A program made the position numbers and the translations under genes. A model generated the notes under the pieces. It searched no databases, was not told where the DNA came from, and saw only the letters and a list, made by a program, of their open reading frames with translations. Source: Candidatus Asbonarchaeum danakilense (GTDB taxonomy: Archaea > Nanohalarchaeota > Nanosalinia > Nanosalinales > Nanoanaerosalinaceae). Taken from it: a DNA stretch of 48,296 bases. The stretch spans positions 1-48,296 of the forward strand of contig JAXINV010000034.1 in NCBI GenBank assembly GCA_034190465.1, in the 5' to 3' direction. Numbering within the stretch: position 1 is the stretch's first letter; each line of letters begins with the position of its first letter. Positions 44,718 to 48,296 of this stretch are shown in pieces.

Positions 44718-47700
44718 TCCCAGTCGTCCTTGGTCGGGCAGTCCGGGTCGATGCACATGTAGTACGGTTTCTTGCCCTTCCTGATGACCTTGATACGGGG
44801 CTTGCCGCATTCGTCGCAGGCGTTCTTCAGCCCCTTGATCTTGCCGCTGCCGGGCAGCGGGTAGCTGTTCTCGCAGTCGGGATAGTTCGAGCAGCCGACG
44901 AACCTGCCGTTGTTGGTCTTGATGATGCGGAGCGTGCCGTCGTCGCATTCCTGGCACGGGCCGAGCTGCCGCTCCTTCTCCCGACGCTTGTCGATCGCCT
45001 CGACCAGCTGCTCGCCGATGTCGTTCTCGTTGTTTTTGAACGTCTCCAGGATGTCGGTTAGCGTCTCTTTGGCGTTGTCGAGGACGTCCTCACGCGTTTT
45101 GTCCCCGGCACGGATCGCATCCATCTGTTTCTCGAACGCGCGGGTCAGCTCGGGTGACAGGATCTCGGGGCAGTGCTCCTCCAGCGCCTCGACGACCGCC
45201 ATGCCGATGTCGGTGACCTTGATGGATTTCTCGTCGATGTAGTTCCGGTCGTACAGGTTCTCGACGATGTTGGCTCGGGTCGCCTTGGTGCCGAGGTCGT
45301 TCTTCTCCAGCTCGGAGATGAGGGAGCTCTGCGTGTATCTGTTTGGCGGCTTGGTCTGCTTGTCCTCCTTCCGCATCTGTTCGACGTCGAGCTTGGCGCC
45401 CTTCTTCAGGTCAGGCAGCTCGATGTTCTCCGGCTCCATGTAGGGTTCGTACAGGTCGTACCAGTTGCGCTCCAGGGTCCGCTTGCCCTTGGCCTCGAAG
45501 ACCTCGTCGTTGGAATTGAGGGTGATGGTCAGGCTCTCGCGTCGCGCCGGTTCGCCGAACGTGGCGAGGAACCGCTTGACGACCAGGTCGTAGATCTTCC
45601 GCTCCTGCTTGGACAGGTTGCCGGGCGCGTTCCCGGTCGGGTGGATCGCGGGGTGTGCCTCGTCCTTCTTCTTGCCCTGCCGCGGATAGATGTCGTCCTT
45701 CGCCAGGACGGTCCCGGCCTTGTCCTCGTACTTGTCCTGCTTCTTGAGCTGGGACAGGATGGAGCCGTAGCCGATCTTCTTCGGCAGTTTCTGGGAGCTG
45801 GTCCGCGGGTAGGAGATGAGGCTGGACTCGTACAGGTTCTGCGCCAGCTGCTGGGTCTTTTTCGGTGAGATGTTGAACTTGCTGTACGCCTCGTTCTGCA
45901 GGTCGGTGAGGTTGAACGGTGCCGGCGGGTTGTGGTTGTACTCTCTCCGGTCGACGTCGACGACGGCCGCTTTCCCGTCCTGGCAGAGTTCGACGACCCT
46001 GTCGGCCTCGTCCTCGTCCCAGAACCGTTCCTCGACGTGCTGTGCCTCCAGTCCGCCGGCGTGCAGGTAGACTTCCCAGTAGTCCTCGGGGTCGAACGCC
46101 CGGATCTCCCGCTCGCGGTCGGCGACGATCTTCAGGGCAGGGCCCTGGACCCGGCCGGTGGACAGGCTCTTGTACCGGTCCTGTGACTTGACGGCGATCA
46201 TGAGCGCTCTGGACAGGTTGATGCCGTAGTACCAGTCCATGACGTGCCGCGTCATGCCGGCCTCGGTCTGCGCCCGGTCGAAGTCGTTGAGGTCGTCGAA
46301 CGCCTCGCGGAGGTCGGAGTTGGTCAATGTGGAGAACTTCATACGCTTGATCCGGTCCTCGTCGCCGTTGCACGCCAGCTTGATGGCGGTGTAGCCGATG
46401 ACTGAGTTGTGGCTGATGATCCCGTTGCTGTGGGCGAAGTTCCGCGTCTTTGTCTGGACGTCGTAGAGGTGTTCGCTCTCTGGTTCCTGGCGTTCGATGG
46501 ACTGTACCTCAAGAAAGGTGATATCCCCGCTGGCGAGGGGGGCGAGCTCTTCGTCCTGCCAAGTCTGAACGTTGGTCATAGAGGTGGTCTTCGTACCCTT
46601 CCTGAGGTTCTGTTCTGCTTCTGCCGACAGTTCCTGTCGCTGTGCCAGGCATGCAGGGAGCTTATCCATGCGTCTCCGGTGCTGTGCTTTTTTGGCATCT
46701 ATCTCCGGCAGTTCTTCTGCGACACCGAGCCGTGAGGCGATCGTTTCAACATCATGACGTCTACCGAGTGTGAGGTTGTGCATCTCACGGTCGCTGTGGT
46801 TCCACTCTTGGAACGAGGGGTTGATGCCGTCTGTCTGCAGGAGCAGGAACAGGTCATTGAGCAGTTCACGGTTCTTGCTACCTGCCGAGGCGACGGCGCG
46901 GTCGTCGTTCGTGTCGATGAAGATTGATCCGTCGCCGTCCCAGTAGCCGGTCAACAGACCGTTCTTGAATGTCTTGGGGGCCGAGAGGATCCAGGAGGGA
47001 AGCCGCTTGCTGCCGGAGTCATCGCCGAGTTCAAGTGCCCTGAAAAGCATCCTGAGTATCTTTGACTTCGTCCCCACCTCGATGCAGTTGCTGTCGCCGT
47101 AGCTCCTCTCGACAGCCCTTTTCCTGAACTTTCCTTCTGTTCCGATATCAAGGAGGAACTCCTGGATCTCCTCTGCGAGGCCATGTTCTTCTGGCCCGAG
47201 GTAGAACCCGATGAAGCCGCCTGTGTCGATGCAGCCCTCTGCGAGGTACAGGCCGATGATCTTCCCGAGCTGTCTGTCAAGCACGAGCTCTGCCGGAAGG
47301 GAGGTCGAACCCCGGGGACTTGAGATGGTCATCTCGCTCCGGTCAACACCGAGGTAATCCTCCAGCTGGAGGAAGACGTCTTTCGGCATCCTATCATGGT
47401 GGCGGTAGTTGAGGCACTGTTTCCGCGTCCTGTCGACGTGCTCCGCCATCTCGGCCGGCATGATGTCCATCTCATCCTTGAACCCGTGGACGTAGATGTC
47501 GTCCAGGAGCTCGATGAGATCCAGGCGATCGGTGGTTTCGCTGTCCGGGAGGGCGTTGCTGGCGGGGATGTAATCGCCTTCCTCCAGTTCGTCTGCGGTC
47601 CTGGTCTCGAGCCCGTTCTCGGTGGCGACGAGCATCGGGTGGTTGGGGCTGACGGTTGTCTGTCTTCCGTGTTCGGTGGTTATGGTGAAGACACTCTCGT

Positions 47701-48244
47701 CGGCAGGCCGCCGCATCACGCGTTCGAGGGGGACGAAGCTTGTCTCCCAGTCGTCCATCGCGGTGATCTCGATGTCTGTCTCGATGTATTCGAAGCTGCC
47801 GTCCTGTCGCACCTGTCGCTCGTCTTCAAGACGGGCCATGAGGTCGCCGATCCGTTCAATCCTGATGGTGCCGTCCTCCCGCGTGATGACCGTCTCGCCG
47901 GGCGGAAGACACCCTTCGATGTCGTAGTCGCACCCGTTGATGAACTCGTCGGCCTCCTCCGCCATCTTCTGCATGTTGTTGACGTATTTCTTGATGTAGC
48001 TGGCGGAGTCGTCGGCCTCGAAGGAGGGGACCCATTCGATGTCGAAGACGGGGTAGGTCCACTCGCCGTCCTTCTGCTCGATGGTGAACATGTGGCCGAC
48101 GGCGGGAGCGATGATGACCTCGCCGCGGTCGGTGTCGAGCCGGTAGTTCGTGACGCCGTAGTTCTCCTCGACGGAGTAGTTGCCCAGTGCCTGGGCGATC
48201 TTGGAGGCGACGTTCGGCTTCTCGGCGACGAGCAGGGTGGTCAT
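44714..48244 (-). CDS. topA: DNA topoisomerase IA containing one intein
   Basis: AEKP, GH, DYDIEG TOPRIM motif, STGRVQ, ISYPRT catalytic Tyr, GTKATR, C-terminal Zn ribbons; start placed at MTTLL. Confidence 0.96.
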   Translation of the reverse strand: MTTLLVAEKPNVASKIAQALGNYSVEENYGVTNYRLDTDRGEVIIAPAVGHMFTIEQKDGEWTYPVFDIEWVPSFEADDSASYIKKYVNNMQKMAEEADEFINGCDYDIEGCLPPGETVITREDGTIRIERIGDLMARLEDERQVRQDGSFEYIETDIEITAMDDWETSFVPLERVMRRPADESVFTITTEHGRQTTVSPNHPMLVATENGLETRTADELEEGDYIPASNALPDSETTDRLDLIELLDDIYVHGFKDEMDIMPAEMAEHVDRTRKQCLNYRHHDRMPKDVFLQLEDYLGVDRSEMTISSPRGSTSLPAELVLDRQLGKIIGLYLAEGCIDTGGFIGFYLGPEEHGLAEEIQEFLLDIGTEGKFRKRAVERSYGDSNCIEVGTKSKILRMLFRALELGDDSGSKRLPSWILSAPKTFKNGLLTGYWDGDGSIFIDTNDDRAVASAGSKNRELLNDLFLLLQTDGINPSFQEWNHSDREMHNLTLGRRHDVETIASRLGVAEELPEIDAKKAQHRRRMDKLPACLAQRQELSAEAEQNLRKGTKTTSMTNVQTWQDEELAPLASGDITFLEVQSIERQEPESEHLYDVQTKTRNFAHSNGIISHNSVIGYTAIKLACNGDEDRIKRMKFSTLTNSDLREAFDDLNDFDRAQTEAGMTRHVMDWYYGINLSRALMIAVKSQDRYKSLSTGRVQGPALKIVADREREIRAFDPEDYWEVYLHAGGLEAQHVEERFWDEDEADRVVELCQDGKAAVVDVDRREYNHNPPAPFNLTDLQNEAYSKFNISPKKTQQLAQNLYESSLISYPRTSSQKLPKKIGYGSILSQLKKQDKYEDKAGTVLAKDDIYPRQGKKKDEAHPAIHPTGNAPGNLSKQERKIYDLVVKRFLATFGEPARRESLTITLNSNDEVFEAKGKRTLERNWYDLYEPYMEPENIELPDLKKGAKLDVEQMRKEDKQTKPPNRYTQSSLISELEKNDLGTKATRANIVENLYDRNYIDEKSIKVTDIGMAVVEALEEHCPEILSPELTRAFEKQMDAIRAGDKTREDVLDNAKETLTDILETFKNNENDIGEQLVEAIDKRREKERQLGPCQECDDGTLRIIKTNNGRFVGCSNYPDCENSYPLPGSGKIKGLKNACDECGKPRIKVIRKGKKPYYMCIDPDCPTKDDWD
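46406..47911 (-). mobile_element. Intein with LAGLIDADG endonuclease in the TopA TOPRIM domain (502 aa)
   Basis: DIEG|CLPPGET...SPNHP...IIGLYLAEG...LLTGYWDGDGS...LYDVQ...SHN|SVIG. Confidence 0.95.
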
Positions 48245-48296
48245 ACCTGCCCCTATTCCCGCGAACACTTTTAAACGATGGACGGGTTCACGCCGC

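Overview
GC-rich archaeal chromosomal DNA encoding a strongly acidic (salt-adapted) proteome. Single-domain histones, compact gene spacing and several small conserved-looking hypothetical genes point to a halophilic DPANN lineage such as Nanohaloarchaeota rather than Halobacteria (inference, not a database result). Information-processing genes: PolD large subunit 3' end, DnaG, RadA, RPA, two histones, PolB, RadB, CDC48, TopA, Map, 2H phosphoesterase. Other clusters: a peptidase operon (aminopeptidase-TldD-PmbA) and a C4-dicarboxylate/nitrogen cluster (GlnA, MDH, IDH remnant, malic enzyme, lone FrdA/SdhA-like flavoprotein, AspA). PolB and TopA each carry a LAGLIDADG intein. Features missed by the ORF track: two candidate structured non-coding RNAs (about 818-1060 and 7201-7367, each behind a TATA box), a candidate oriC with ORB elements and no adjacent cdc6 (about 18990-19400), a microprotein transcription unit ending in a canonical kink-turn (20958-21385), several proteins under 60 aa, and three disrupted genes. 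An operon of three divergent paralogues of unknown function (5552-7137) lies directly upstream of the second RNA. No tRNA, rRNA, CRISPR array or transposase was recognised. All calls are from reading motifs by eye; no searches were run.
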